Origin: Octopus vulgaris
Taxonomy: Eukaryota
NCBI GenBank assembly: GCA_951406725.2
Contig: OX597815.1
Coordinates: 78,616,001 to 78,680,000, forward strand
Direction of reading: 5' to 3'
Length of the DNA stretch: 64,000 bases
Shown: positions 13,601-29,300 of the stretch, piece by piece
How positions within the stretch are numbered: the first letter of the stretch is position 1
Layout: each line of letters opens with the position of its first letter
The notes under the pieces: generated by a model
What the model was told of the DNA's origin: nothing
Databases searched by the model: none
What the model saw: the letters and a program-made list of their open reading frames with translations, nothing else
Program-made: the position numbers and the translations under genes

Positions 13601-16600
13601 GGCAGCAAGGAACATGGATATCAAATGATGATATTGTATCAACTGAGAAATCATTTCATCAATGTTCATGATACCAATCCCTTTTGTATTTACTGTAAGA
13701 CACTGACAAGCCTGAACAAAAGCATCCAACTAGCTATGACAAGTATTGATTATGAAAGATTAACTCTTTGTTGTAAATTTAGTTCACCTGCATATTGGCT
13801 TTCAAAAGCAAGCATATACAGGAAAATTTACAATGATATCTTTTTTGTGAGTAGGTGTGTATTATATGATAATTATGCCATGAGTGTAGGCTAAGTAGGT
13901 ATGGGTTACTCACTTTACACTTACAAAAATTAATGATAAGATAAATGATTTTCAGTTTATTATAAATGATAGCTGGTCCTGTGCCATAAAAAATGACTGC
14001 TAATTGTAGTACTTTATATATAAATAAGGTACAAAACCAAGTTTTTAGTTTAATAATTCTTTTATTACCAAATTTTTTAATGAAAAATCTCTCCAAAACT
14101 AACATTCCTTGACTGTTTGTTTCCTTCAAAAGAAATTTAGTTTTCCTTCCTTCTTGTACAACTTAAGGCTACATAAAGCTAGCTGTGACTAAATATAGGA
14201 GCTGGCAAGTAAATACTAAATACACAGAGTTGAAACGCTGTTTGATTTTTTCTTTTCAGCATTGAATGTTCACCATCCCACTTCCATTGCACATACACAC
14301 ACAAACATTCACATACTTCCCTTTTACATACACACACAGGGTTGAAACACTTTTTTTTTCACCATACAATTTCCATCATCCCACTATCAAGTCTGCCATC
14401 ACCCTTCATTCATCCATCATCCCTTCCCTTTCTCATTCATATGCTGTGACAAAGAAAAACAGTATTACTATAGTAGATGCTACTATAGAATTCATTAAAT
14501 CGCTGTTATTTAGATTTGAAACATAATTCTCACTGCTTTTCAATTATGTGACACACACACACATGAATTCCACATTCTATATGTTCAGCTCAAAAAAGCT
14601 TATGAAATAGCATCATAAAAGCAGAACAATATCTGCTTGCACTCAACTACAATACCACTTCCTAAGCTGCTGTAATTACATGAGAGCAAAACTGCACAAA
14701 TTTCACCTCACCCAATTCTTTTATGCACCCAATTAACCCACTCCTTGGAACTACTTCCCTTGTCACTCATCCTGCATTTTCAACTTCATCCTTTACGACT
14801 TTCCTTTTCACTGAGCACCCCTTACTCCTGATCACTCTCTCATATCTGAAATTAACACTCCGCTCAGTCTTTGTCATCCAGTATATCTAACCCTACATAC
14901 CTCTGATATTCCTGCATCACTGTGCACCCCACCACCACTAAACATATTTCACACTATCTCCTTATTTCTCTTCTGTCTACAGTTTTATTATACTGTTGCT
15001 CATCACCACACATCTCTATACCTACAGCCATGTTTCACCTACATCCTGACCTTCTCCCCATCCCAACTGAAATTCACAATAATCATGCCTTGTTGAGCGT
15101 AAAGGCATAAAGAAGAGACAATAATGAATTGAATCAAGCCTAAATATATTACTGGTACTTATACTATCAACCCCTGAAAGAGAATGAACAATCAGGAAAC
15201 TATCAGGAACATTTGTTAAAGAGCATTATTTACTAAATGATACTCAAATTCCAAAGAAAGTGGCTGCCTTATGCAGAAACAGTATAATCACTAACAAAGT
15301 CACTATTCAAATAGTCAAATAAAAAATATGGTAAACCTCGGGAGGAAACTAAGAGAGGCTATATAACTTTTTAAAAGATACAAATAAAGCTGTTGCAGTT
15401 GTAATGACAACCCTCGGCTGAGATCTGAACCACAGCTCTCAGATTTTTCTAGTCTAGAACTAACATATCTCCATGAAAGAAAAAGTGTTGCCATAAAAGG
15501 TATGAACACCATGAATAAAGTTTGACTAAGCAGCATTAGCTGACGTACTTGTGGCTGAGGAAACACTCTTCAAATGATGGGTGCAAGTGTTTCCCACCAA
15601 ATAGTCTGGTAGAATATTCTACAACATTTGGGCCAACGGTAATAAGACAAATTCAACTTCAGGCTGAGCTATCCTTGGTTTATATGGGTCGTATTGCTTT
15701 TCTCTTATATGATAAGTCTCTCGGCTCTCTCTCATCTCTTCTATTTCAGACTAGAGAGCTACCAGCTATCTAAGGGAATTTGTTGCTTGTCCCAGCTAAT
15801 TGGTCTGTCTCCCACCTTTCACTTTCTGATATAACATGCTTAACTTGTAATGTCAAGTAACACAATTATATGCAGTGGTTTATATTCCTCACACTACTTT
15901 CATAATATTATCCAGCAAATAATAATAATGAAATTATTGTGTATAGTGCTCAGGTGCACTACAACTCATCAAAGGTGCATGTACAGTACATAGTATTATA
16001 AACAAAAGTCAGGAAAGTGAACAGTGTATGAGTCATGATATTGCATATGGAAGTGAGAATATCAGGTGTAGTGTTGGTGAATTTCAGGAAGCATGGAGGT
16101 TTTAAAGGATGCAATGCCTCGGCAACTAACAACTGATGCAGGTAGTTTGTTCCATACTTCAGCAAAACTGAGTGTGAAAAATCTTTCTGAAAGTCATGAG
16201 AGCTGTGCCGTTTTCTGACTTTGTAGGCATGCCCATGCATGTTAGACACATGGAACTCAAAACAGGTGCTCAAGGTGGTTGTTGGTGTGATGGTTAATAA
16301 TTTTGTATGTATTTACTAGGTCAGTTGCCAGACGTCAGAGCTTCAATGTATTTATGCCCAGGGAAGCAAGGCGTTCAGAGTATTGTAAATGCCTGATGGT
16401 GGGTATTCACACGGTTACACATCTATATACACAAAATTCATTATGTTCACTGAACATTGTTCCATAAATTTATTGGATGTACATTCGTAAATATCACAAT
16501 ATGGACTAATAAAGCTCAAATTTTAGTGTGATCGTTGTCTACAGATGCAATCAATCTCACATTATGAATATCCAAAGAATATATGACTAACCACCATACT

Positions 16601-19600
16601 AAACAGGTAACAATGATCTTCCCTCCAAAAATCAGCAATTCAGAGTAAAATACCTTATTATAATCAAGAATGCTCTTAGAACCATTAATATTGGTAAAAG
16701 TTTTCTCAGACATATCCTCAATCCTTACATAGTTATGCTAAGGATATGAAAGGTCAAGGACAATCAAGAAACAAGACAATATCAATAACCAATAGAAGCA
16801 CCTCAATATTATATAAAGGTGACTAAAACAAATTGTTCAAAGCAGTGCCTCAGCATAGCCACAGACTAATGACGGAAACAAGTAAAAGATAAAAGATGGT
16901 GAAAATAACATGCAATTTAATGCAGGTAAGTTTCAAGTACTTTGCAACCAGTACCTCAGAATGCATTGCAGTTTGGATATACAAAGCCAAGAGAAACTAC
17001 AATCTTAGAGTCAGAATCTCTGTGAAACCTGGGAATTATGTATAACAACATTTACAATAAGAGGAGAAACAAAAATATGCTGGTTTTGTGAAAGATGGTT
17101 GTTCTTCATCACAAAGGTTACTACTCTCAGATATGGTCACCTCATACAATCAAACTTATTACAGAAGTAATCCAACAGTCTAATACAAAGAGGATTGCTT
17201 CTATGCACCAGTAAAATTATAAAGAGAGACTGGAATGCTGGGGACGTTTTTGGAATAGAAAAAAGGAAAGATTTGTAGTTATCTACATCAAGAAGATCCT
17301 GGAATGATGTACACCAATATTTGGTATTAAAAGCTTTGCAAATCCAATTAAATGATCATCATTGCATAATGTCAGAAGTTCCACCATATCCTTTTCAAGT
17401 TAGGCTTGTGTACTACAGAAGCTTGAGTTTAAATATCTTCCTCAAAACATAATGGATATGCATAGAGTAGATGTCAACACTTTCAATCAGTGCTTGGACA
17501 TTCTACTGCTTACAATCCTGGAAGAACCTACATTACTTTAAATGAGGGTAGCAATATCAAGCTCTCTAATTAACCAAATACCATGCACAAGACTGCAGTA
17601 AACCACATGGTGATTTTTTAGTATGGCCATAGTGAGAGTGGTGGAAGCCAATGAACAAAAGACATAAAAGGTTAATCTATTGTGATAAGATTTTAACACA
17701 AAAAGATAAAAGGGCATAAATACACAGAAACTTCTATGAGTTGTGAGCCAATGAGAGAAGCAGAAACTAATACTCTGCTAAAACTAACAACCAAATCTCT
17801 CCAAAGGTACTCATTGCCTTAACAAAGGACACAGATATTGTAACCCCAACCAAGTATCCACATTATGGTTGGGGAAGTCTCATTTGGAACACTTTTGACT
17901 AAAGATCTGCATGTCAGTGGTGATCTGGAGCTAAACAACAATAACAAAAATGTGTTACTCACATGTTCAACTTTTTTAATGTACTCCTCCCGTTCTTGTT
18001 GCAATGAATCAATAAGTTTAAGAGACTCTTTATCACTCTGGCTACTGAGCTGGAAAGAAAAAAAATAATAAAGTAAGACTTGGTTCTATGTAAGCCTCCA
18101 TTCCAATCAGAATCAAAAGAAATAGTTAACCCAATATCAACCAAAGAGGTAATAAATGAAAATAAAAATGGACATTCTTCTCTATATCTGTGGTCAGCAT
18201 TTTATATTATTACTTAGAGCCAGTGAATTGGGAGAGATATTGGAATGTTGAACTCTTGTCTCACTATGAAAAGAGTAATAGTAGTACAATGACCTGACAC
18301 AAATCAAAACTATATCTCAAAGTTGATGCTCTTTCTAATTAATTTTCTAATGCTTTTCATTATTTTCATAACCTGCTCCATCAGTCTGAAGCCTCTGTAG
18401 CTACTTCTTTCCAAAGCATCTTCATTCTTGTAGCAATTAACAATTACACTGCTATATCAGTCACTGAGTATAACACTTCCCTGTAACATCTGGTTGATTA
18501 TGTGAAATACATACTTCAGGTATTTTCAGTATCTCAGCAACTAATATCTCTTGAGTGTATATGGGGCACTTCTGCTTCCTCCTATACACCATGAGTCAGT
18601 ATATCACTCATTTCAAACACTTTTTCTCTACATCTTGATTCATGCTGACAGTTTTGCAATCCAGAACATCATGACTTTGATCCCCTCATCATAGAACACG
18701 AGCAAACACTCAGCTATGTCACTTAGCTTCTTTCTTAACAACCCACTCTCTTTCCTTCAGTCTTTCAATGCTTGTCTTTAGCTTTTATTGCTCTATCTAC
18801 ACTGCAATTTCACCATCTTGCTACTTTACATCCAGATTGAAAAATAAAGCTTACCTGCTGAGTGTACAACTCAGCCATTTCCAATTTCTTTCGAAGATCC
18901 TCTACATTTTGTTCGTGAGCCAAACAGTCTGACACCTGTAAAGGATTAATGTCACAAGAATTAAATGCATGTAAGAATGAAAACTTACAGACAGAAATTA
19001 TACATTCTTTAATTTACAGTGAAATCTTATTTGTGTTAAAACATTAAAAATATATAAATTTTGTTTTTACCTTTGAACTGAGTTTCCCATTCAGTTCAGA
19101 TAACTGCTGTTGTAATTCCTCCACAGTTTGACTGGGAAAACAAAACAAATATTTTGAAAAGCTATAAACAAACTGAGCATATGACAAAGTTTAAGAAATA
19201 AAATGACATGTCTCATAGATAATTTATACATTTACTGTATAATAACCACATGGAAAGAAAAATATAAATCAGTTTATAAACACGAAAAGCATGTAGATAT
19301 CTAAAGGAGATGGGTACCCAGTGGGACTAGAACTGTGGTCTGCTTGTGCTAGGATAATATGATCTCACATTAATAAATATTTCAATAAGGATATTAATAT
19401 TACACTACTCCACCCCTCTCTGGCTCCCCTTAAGCACTCTCACCCTTTCTTCTAAAATGTGAGTAGTCATATAGCTCCTCTACAGCAAGAAACTGGTTCT
19501 GTCCTGGCCCCATTTCTCATATTTTACCCATCTCCTAGCAGAAAGTTGCTCCCTCAGGGTTCATAGTCTTGCAAACTGTATGACAACTTTACTAGTGCTG

Positions 19601-22600
19601 TAATGTGATTGGCATGACCAATCAGCAAACAATTTGTTTGCTGAAAGCATAAACAAAGCCAGCAGTTTTGGGTAGTCCCAAAATTCCAGCAGTTTCTGGC
19701 TAACAAGACACACAACATGTCGAAACGCTGTTGTTCTCAAATGCCATGCATCAATGCAACAAAGTCTGTTGAACATACTATTGTAAGAGGAAGAAGTTAT
19801 TCTAAGACATACACTACAGTGCCTAGCATATTCTGTGTCCAAACCTGCCTAGATGTGTTAAAAATAAACATGCAAATATTATTTCCAGATTTCACTGTAG
19901 ATGGTGCAAATAATTCCATATCTAGTTCTTGTAACTAAAAAAACAAAATATATATTATAGTCTTAATCTTCTGGAAATATTGAATATTCAACAATATTGT
20001 CTAGGAGTTATCTCAAAATAGTTATAAAATTATTTTATTTTATGTAATTTTTCTACCAATGAACCATTATTTTTTTTCACTTAATTTAGTACATCGAAAG
20101 AAATTGTTACACAGTGCCAATATTCAAATGTCTGTAAGAGAAGACTGATTTGAACAATCCAAATCCTTTTCATTATTTGAATCTAAACAAGGTATGTTTT
20201 CAAAGATTTGGATTCTGTGGTCATTATCATCATTGTTTTAACACCCACTTTTCCATGCTTACACGAGTCAGACAGAATTTTTGAAGTGAATTTTCTATGG
20301 CTAGATGTCCTTATCTCCAACCCATGCCCGTTTCCAAAAATCAATGCACAAGGATTTGGTTGGCCCAGGGTTATAGATGACACATGCCCAAGGTGAGAAT
20401 GAACCTAAAACCATCTGATTAGGAAGCAAACTTGTTACCACACAGCTATACCTGTACCTATTATTATTATTAAAGCAGTGGCCTGGCAGAATTGTTAGAA
20501 TGCCGGGGAAAATTCTTAGCAGCATTAAGTCCATCTTTACATTCTGAGTTTAAATTCTGATGAGGTTGATTTTGCCTTTCACCTTTTGGAGTCAACAAAA
20601 TAAGTATCAAGTGAACACCAGGGTCAATATAATTGACTTACCCCTCCCCCAAAATTGCTAGCCTTGTGCCAAAATTGGAAAATAGAGAAATAGTCGACAA
20701 TTGCAAATCAGCCACATTACCTAGCAAGTTAGCAAAGACTTCCTAAAAGTAACCAGAGTTATCACAAAAATAGAAATATACAAGACATTTTTATCTTATA
20801 ATATTCATCTCGGGTACCAAATGATGATCACACTTCATAAGCTGCTAAGGAAGTTTTTATACAGTCTGACCATGCAAAAACCCACTATTTGCTTGATCAG
20901 TTTCATGTCACAATACATTTTTTTTTCTGTAGACAATTATATATCATTTGGAAGTTCTGGATAGAACTTTCTTCTCATATTCTTTTGATCAAGTGTGCAG
21001 TGCAAAAAAAATTGGCCAAAATTGATGCAGGGGAAGGTGAAAATCATAAATTCTCAAAAAGATTTTTTCATAAAAAGCTTCTCCTCGGTCTCCAAGGACA
21101 TGAGGAAAAACAAATTGGAAAAATCCCAGTCAAAACACAGAAAATTCAATTTATGTTGGCATCCTGATCTGAAACTCAGCCATTAAATTGTTTATATCAA
21201 TTTTTAAAAGCTCATCAAAATTTTATTGAAATGGTATTATGTCCCAAAATCTCAGGATTTGTTTAGTTCTATGTCTACTACAGATGTACTATAACTCAAG
21301 TTTTTGTGGCTTGTACTTTTGGATTTAGCTAGGTCTCAAAACACATGAAAAGCTTATGCTCACATCATGAAATCAACTATTTAGGCTTTACATAAAGGTT
21401 TTAAAAAGTGTGAAAATAAAAGTTTAATCTTGAAGAATCTGGAAAAAATAGGCAACTGCTATCCCATGGACACAATTTATGTAATTTGAAGATGACTGTC
21501 ACCTCAGTTTCAAAGATATAACATTACAAATATGGCTAATTATTCATTTAGGCCTAATAAGGCAAAATTTCAACCAATTCACTGACCATTTAAACTGTCA
21601 TATTTCCAAAAATATTCATCCAAATTTTACAAATGAGGTTTCAAAATATTTCTTTTTAGATGTGCTCCAAGATAAAATACAGTAGAAGTAAGGTTTAAAT
21701 ATTTTCAAAAATTCATGGTAATACCTATTCTAAATAATCTGTAGGAAACCAAAATAACTAAAGTGATTTTCAGAATTCAATCTAAATAAAAAGCACTGTA
21801 ATTGGTCACTTATAAATTTTAGAAGTTAACTTACTTCGATTTGTATAGTTCTAATTTTAATTTGTCAATATCTTTTGCATATCCCTTGCTATTCTGAAAA
21901 CGAAAGAAAAAAAACAGAAAATCAGTAAATACAATCATCATCGCTTAACATCTGCCTTCCATGCAGGCATAGGTTAGACAATACAATATAACCAAGTCAA
22001 ACTTTTTTTAACATAAGACAATATGAAATTATAATGTGATGTAATGATAGCAAAATATATAAGATAATGTATGACATGTAATATAAACTAAACTTAAGAG
22101 CCCTTAAATCATTGAGAGATATTTTCAGCTCATAAGGAATGTAATTTGTCACACAATAAATAAACAGATAATCATTTTAAGAATTGATTCTAAATGATGA
22201 TGATCATCATAATCACTTTAAACATCCACATTTCCACGTTTGCATCTGTCAGGCAGAATTCATAGAAGCAGATATTCTACTGCTAGATACCCTTCTTCTT
22301 GTCAATCCTCACTGGTTTCCAAGCAAGATAATATTTCCTTATGGCCAGACATATTTTCATGAAAGATTGGTAACAAAAATAATGTTTGGCCATGGAGAAA
22401 TATTACCTTTCAGAGAAACAGATGGGGGGATAACAAAAAAAAAGGAAAAGAAAGAAGAGGGGGGAAAGCTGACAGAATTTGAATAAAAAGAGATTTTATC
22501 TGCTCCTGGAGTAATCTACAATATAGGATTTCTTCAATTACAATTTACCTACCATTTTTAAGAGTACAATGCATCGCGTCATGCCAGGTCCAGTTTTTAA

Positions 22601-23317
22601 AATTTAAACTCCAATTAAGCAAAATTTAAAGAAAACTCACATTCTGGTGTGTGTGTGTCAAATGCTTTTCTTAGTCTGGTTTACACCACACGCAAACGTA
22701 CACACACAGTGTGCAACGAATAAAATGAAAGTAAATAGCGACAGAGTGATTTTACGATGTGTCAACGATTTAAAAAATAATTTACCTTAATTTTTTTTCA
22801 ATTTTTAATGCATTTTTTTGCTATTTTTTGGCTATAACTCTCTAAAAATGCTTATATATTTATTTCCCTTACAACCCGAGCAACGCCGGGCAATACTGCT
22901 AGTAGTAAATAAGGCAGAAACTATTTGACAGTTTTCCAAAAGTTGTTGAAATATTTAAATCAAATAAACTGATATTTCTAAAACACATTCAAAATATTTA
23001 TTTTATTTGTTAATCAAACAGGGGGAAGCATTGCTCAAAACCTTTATAGGCTCTCTTAGACCTGTGAGATTAATGTGGTTTGTGTTCAGCCATGACCATC
23101 TGTATTTACTTAATTCAAATCCAAGAGGGACAATGGTTATAAGATGAAGTTACTTTGCAGATCTTACTAATGTCATTATGGTATACCAACTTCTGAGCAC
23201 AACAGCTAACTGTCCATTCCAGTTTGTGTGGCACACAAAAATCAGGGCCATTTACTTTACAAAATGGGCATCCTGCTATATAAACAACTGTTTCAACAAA
23301 TGAACCACTCAACCCAA

Positions 23318-23360
<43 letters not shown>

Positions 23361-26300
23361 GTTGCAAAGACATCACAAAAACTGTTATTCCTAGTAACAG
23401 TTTTTGTGATATCTTTGCCACTTTATTAATAAAGCATATTACTCTACCTCCGGTATTCAAGTACTATTTTTTCCACCTTATTTCACAGTTATGTGCTTAC
23501 TCTGGCACGCGCGCGTGTGTGTGTGTGTGTATGTATGTGTGTGTGTGTGTGCGTATGTATGTGTGTGTGTGTGTGTGTGTATGTATGTGTGTGTGTATGT
23601 ATGTATGTATGTGTGTATGTGTGTGTGTGTGTGAGCGCATGCATGCATGTATGTATGTGCATACATATACAGCATCATCATTTAGCTTGTTTTCCATGCT
23701 GGCACAGGAGAGATGGTTTAACTGCAGCTGGAGGCTCCAGTCTGTTTTCATTTAGTTTCTATGGCTGAATGCCCTTCCTAATGCCAATATATGTGTGTGT
23801 ATGTGTAGGAATAAACTCCAACCAAGTTTAATGCCAATAGCACAGCAGGTATGGTTGTATTCTTCTAATACAATCTATAAAGGATCTAATAACACAACAA
23901 ATGAAGATACTGCACACATACAACTGATATTTTCAAGAGACACTTGAGGTAATTGAAGTCAACCAGATATAAAACATTGTAACAATACAACATAAATCAC
24001 AGATAAGCTTCTATGCCCAGATGACTTTCTTCAAAGAGTATTCATCCTACATTTTCAAAAGAAAATGGATCCTCTTTGCAACTTGTGTTATCAATATTAT
24101 TATGATATTTAGGTTAATTGTCTTTGAAGAAATAAAACTAATTTCAGAATGCAGTACAAAAATTAAAATCTAATGAGAATATTTTTGCCAGACAAGAAAA
24201 CTGAAGTAAAACGTATGATTTCTAAGATATTTGACATAATGGTTACATTAGAAATTAATCTTTCATGTACTTTGCCCACCTTTGATAGAAACACCAGAGC
24301 CTTATAATGGACAGTAAAATAAACAGAACAGGCTCAGAGCTCTGAACAGCGTCCACACAGCCAACCATTGTATGGCAGCCAGAATGTCGTTCAGTTTTTC
24401 ATGTGGGGTTGCTCATGCACATTCATTAAGAATCTTTTCTGTCAGAGCTAACCAGAGTTTCTCAACAACAACCTTTTTAATCATACACTATATCCTACTC
24501 CTGAACAAAAAACAGTCAAATAAGTTCTACTTTTAAAATCATGGCTGAATAGTCAGTAATAGAAAGGGCAACCAGCTGTGACAAAAAAAAAAAAAAACAG
24601 AAAATCAATTACCTGCTCTAATAATCTTATGATAGAAAATTTTTACCACTAATAAACAAGATAATACCTACTTTTTCATACTGCTGACTTGAGGAATTAA
24701 TAGATGACATATTTCGTTCCAACTCTGTAATCCGTTGTCTGGAAACCCGAAGACGACCTCCCATTTCTTCAATTTCATCTAGGAAAACATTATAAATAAA
24801 TTTCTTTTAAAAAAAACTATTTAGATTTAAATAGTGAAAAGGATTTGAGATTGATCAATTTGAAAGATAGAAGAGGTGAATGAATACTTAATTCATTTAA
24901 AGCCAAGAGTTTAAATGCTATCACTGGCTTTGTGTAGCAATTTTTTTATGGGGTAAATTAGATAAAAAAAAAAACACTTTAGTAATACAAAATATACCAT
25001 GAAAATTAAAAGCAATCTGATGTCTATTTCAAGATAATTCTCAGACAATATTTTTTAATATTAAACTTTTCTAAAAGATTAATGCTTATATAAAACCTGT
25101 ATAATATTTTTTTTTTTGCATTTTAATTACAAAAACTAGAAACATTTTGTAAAAATATAGACATATAAAAGTTCTTGAGCTACAAACTGCACATGCAGTC
25201 ATACAGCATTATCTTCAACATCAAACCAGAGACTACCATATAGTACTTATAGAACAGGGTATAGGTGGGAAAAAAGCCCATCTCATCATAAGGAAAAGTA
25301 TGTTTTTTTTTAAGAAATAAAAACTCACCAAGCCTTTGGTCAGACTGTTTCTTAAGTTGGTCAATTTTTGACTGGAGTTCAGTTTTCTCAGCCACTAAAA
25401 TTCCTATTGTTTGAATATGTACCTTAAAGAAAAAAAATATATCTCCACATATCCATAATTCATAATTAGAAAAATAAATTACTCCATGAAATTATAATAA
25501 TAATAATCAACAGAAAAACAATCTTACAAATAACTAACATACTTTTTTAATATTTAAGAAGTTCACTTTACAATCAGAAGACTTCAGGTTCAACCTGCTT
25601 TGAGCAAAAACCTACTAGAGCCTGAATTGATACAAGTCAAGTGAGAGAAACTGAGGTAGAAGAAAACTGCAAGGAGACCCATCAAATAGGCTGTACCAGT
25701 CATTCAAAGAGCCAGCCATGTCACACAGTATCATGTTAGAAGTAAAAGTGTCAGTATAATACTCAGCTACTAACACTGATTCACTGAACAGATGGTCCCA
25801 TTGATAAAAATAACTGGAATTATTATTATTATTTTTTTTACTGTTCACCTTTTTTTCCTTTACTTTGCACAGCTTAATCAAGGAGAGAGAGACAACACCC
25901 ATGACTCATTTTTCCCCAATGGTTCCAGGAATAGTTGGAAGAAAGGAGGAAGTTACCCACAAACTCATGACCAGAATGCTGGTGACAGAGTGTAACTCCA
26001 CACTAAAGGTACCCAAGAACTAATTGACGGTATTAAACCAGGTGACAGATTAAGCTACTACTCAAGAACTCAGTATACAAAGAGCCAACACAAATACCCA
26101 TGCTCTAATAATTCTGCCAATTTATCTCCCTGGATTGATATTTGATTTAATCCATCTTAAAAGGCTGAATGGCAAAACTGATCTCAGATCTGAACTGAAT
26201 GCAGAGAGCCGAAACAAATGTCACAGAACAGTTTGTCCTACACCCTAATGACTTCCTAGTTACACATCAAGAAAAACAGAGGATCTATTTCCTTTTATCT

Positions 26301-29300
26301 TAAGTTCTTTATTATATATAATATTAGGTAAATTACTTTTATTTATAAGGTCACTTATTGAGTAAAAACAACTCTTTGGAGATGAAGCCAACTGATGGTT
26401 TTATACTACAGCAGATGAGTTTTAAAAGAGAGAGAATGAAGAGTTATTTAAAATTCTGTAAAATATATCAATCTCATGAGGCAAAAGAAAATGTATACAT
26501 TTTTTCACAATCTTATCTTATTTCTAGCATAAACAACTAAAAATAAGACAGGGCTGATTTCTTCAAATGGCCCAGTTATCTTACAAGTTAGCATACTGGT
26601 TGATGTACAAATCATGATGAAATACATAAAAGTGAGGAGACTTTGAATTTGAAAATATAGTGTTTTACCAAACTGTTTACAAAGTGATACAATTAATATT
26701 TCTAGTATTGACAGTCAAACATGAGAAAGAGTCTGGATATTTGTAGTATGTAAACATAACTGAATAAAAAGGCTTAACATGTGCTAACATTTGCCAAATT
26801 GTAAATCTTTGAGTGAAGGTTAAATTTAGGAAAATCATGAACAAAGGACTGAAGGAATTAAAAAAAAGAATAATAGTTCATAGGTAAAAGGAACTAATGA
26901 TTTAATAGGCATCATGACATGTCAAGAAAAAGAGAGAATTACAGATGGCTAACCAAAACTGTCTAATCAGCCCAGGTAGTAAAACAAGCACAAATACATT
27001 TTACATCATCATCAATTAACAACTGTTGTCCATGGATTGGATGGTCTGATCTGAGCTGGCAAGTTAGAGAGCTGCATCAGGCTTCAGTCTGATTTGGCAT
27101 AGTTTCTATGGCTGGATGTCCTTTTAACACAAACCACTTTACAGGTTGTGCTGGGTGCTTTTACATGGCACCACATGGGTGCTTTTACATGGCACACACA
27201 CACACACACACACATATATACAAACACACACCCTTGATCAACAAGGGCATTAACCCTTTAGTGTTCTGATTACTGTTAAATGTAATATTTTTTCACTCAA
27301 ATTGTTTTGAATTAATCATGCATTGTCTAATAGCTTTGAGGTTTCAATGATGTGATTGTTTATTTTTAGAATGTCAATGTAGGTTAGGTGTGAGAGGTTA
27401 GACAGGGCCAGTTTGAATATAAAACAAGTAGAATATCTGGGCCAGATATGGCCGGTTTAAACACTAAAGGGTTAAAGTGCATACAACCCATAAAAAACTA
27501 ATGGTTTACAAAGACATAATATCATTAATAACTTAAGGCTTATATTTACCTGTAGTTGATCCTTCAAAGAGCCTACATCCCGCTGTTTATCAACAAAAGA
27601 TTGTTTCTCTTCATGAAGTTCATTCTGCAGTTGTTGTGATTGGTCCCTCTAAAATATAGAAGCATAAGAAACATACAGCAAATTAACACAAAAGTAAACC
27701 ACCAAGTTGGTTATATCTGGGGATCAGCTGTTACTACCACCACTGGTCCTATTGTTTATATAACCAATATATGTAACAAAGTGAGACAAAGTGCTTTTTT
27801 TACCAGTCTTAAAATATATCAATCAGTTTGTGGTTGGTGCTATTCTATGAGAGAATTTATGTCTGGGTTTAATTTTAGTTCCTCCTTGAAGTTATTTCAT
27901 ATTGCACAAGCCAATAACCTCTGAAACAGACAAATATGTCAACTTTTGATTTGTCATCATCATTTAGTTTTCGGGTTTACATACTATCATGGATTGAACA
28001 GTTTGACAAAATCCCATGGATCCCAGGATTGCATCATGCTCCAGTGTTCACTTTGGCATGGTTTCTACAGCTTAATGCTTTTCCTAATGTTAGCAACTTT
28101 AAAGATTTTTTTTTTGTAGTTCTTTGATTTGTCTTATATTTTCCATTATTACACCTCTTTGCTCTGCTTCAAATTTTAGCATACTCTTCTTACAACACAC
28201 AAATTTATCCCAAGTCTGTAAACTTCTCCAAACTTATATGGGCCGACACAGAGCTTCGTCACATTTCTCAGAATCTAAGAGTTTCACTATAATACAATTA
28301 CATTCTGAGGCTACTAGTTTGAAGCAGTCATATGGACAGACGATAACTGGTAGCTCACCAAAAGTAAAAAGGAAAATACATTAATCTACAAATTACTCAA
28401 TAAATGTTTGAAACGTTCAAAACATGCATGGTTACTTTTAAGAAAAGAACTTAAGCACATCAAACCACTTTAACCAAGCTGTTTCAATAATTCAATATTT
28501 CCAGGTGACAAAGAGCTATTGGAGAACTAAGAGTTGAGAAACCTAGTCAATGTTGATGTAGTCTAACATGACTGAAACATGTTTACATTCGTAAGTAACT
28601 CTGCTTGCTAACAAAGGTCAATTCTTTCCCAACAAATCAATAAAAATTCAATTTCCTGTGAAATTATTTCCATTTCTCTGAGATTCATTTATACAAGTCA
28701 CATTTCTTTTTAATTTTCTTTCTGCAACTAAGAGGTCAATTTCAAATAATTTAGAATTTTTGTGCATGCCTTTCAGCTCACTTCCCTTAACTGTGTGTAT
28801 GTGTACTCACCAACTGCTGAACTTGTACATTAAGCTGCTCATTAGCCTGGATATGTTTTTCAAGTAGTGCAGCAAGTTCTCGGTTCCGTTCCTGAAAAGA
28901 ACAACAATTATTTACTTTTCTTATCCCAAATGTTCTACAGACTTATATAAAAAAATAAGGAATTTAACATGTTTAATTAAATTTAAGATGAAAGACTAGA
29001 ACTGAACAGAAACTATATGCTATAAATGAACTGACTGTGTATCACCATCTACATACTTAATTTACTCATTTCATTCACTGCAAAGGCATAACCTCCAAAG
29101 ATACTAGACAATATCAATCCCAGAACTTATTTTAACCCAATGCTTATTTAATTAAATTGGTTATCGATAGGAAGGGAAGCAACTCAAGAGTTTTTCATCA
29201 GTAAACATATATAGATGTCTATACAATGAATTTCTGTAGTTTTCAGACAAAATTTCATTCAAAAGCCAGTAGTAAAACATGCAGTAATAGAAGAAGGCAC

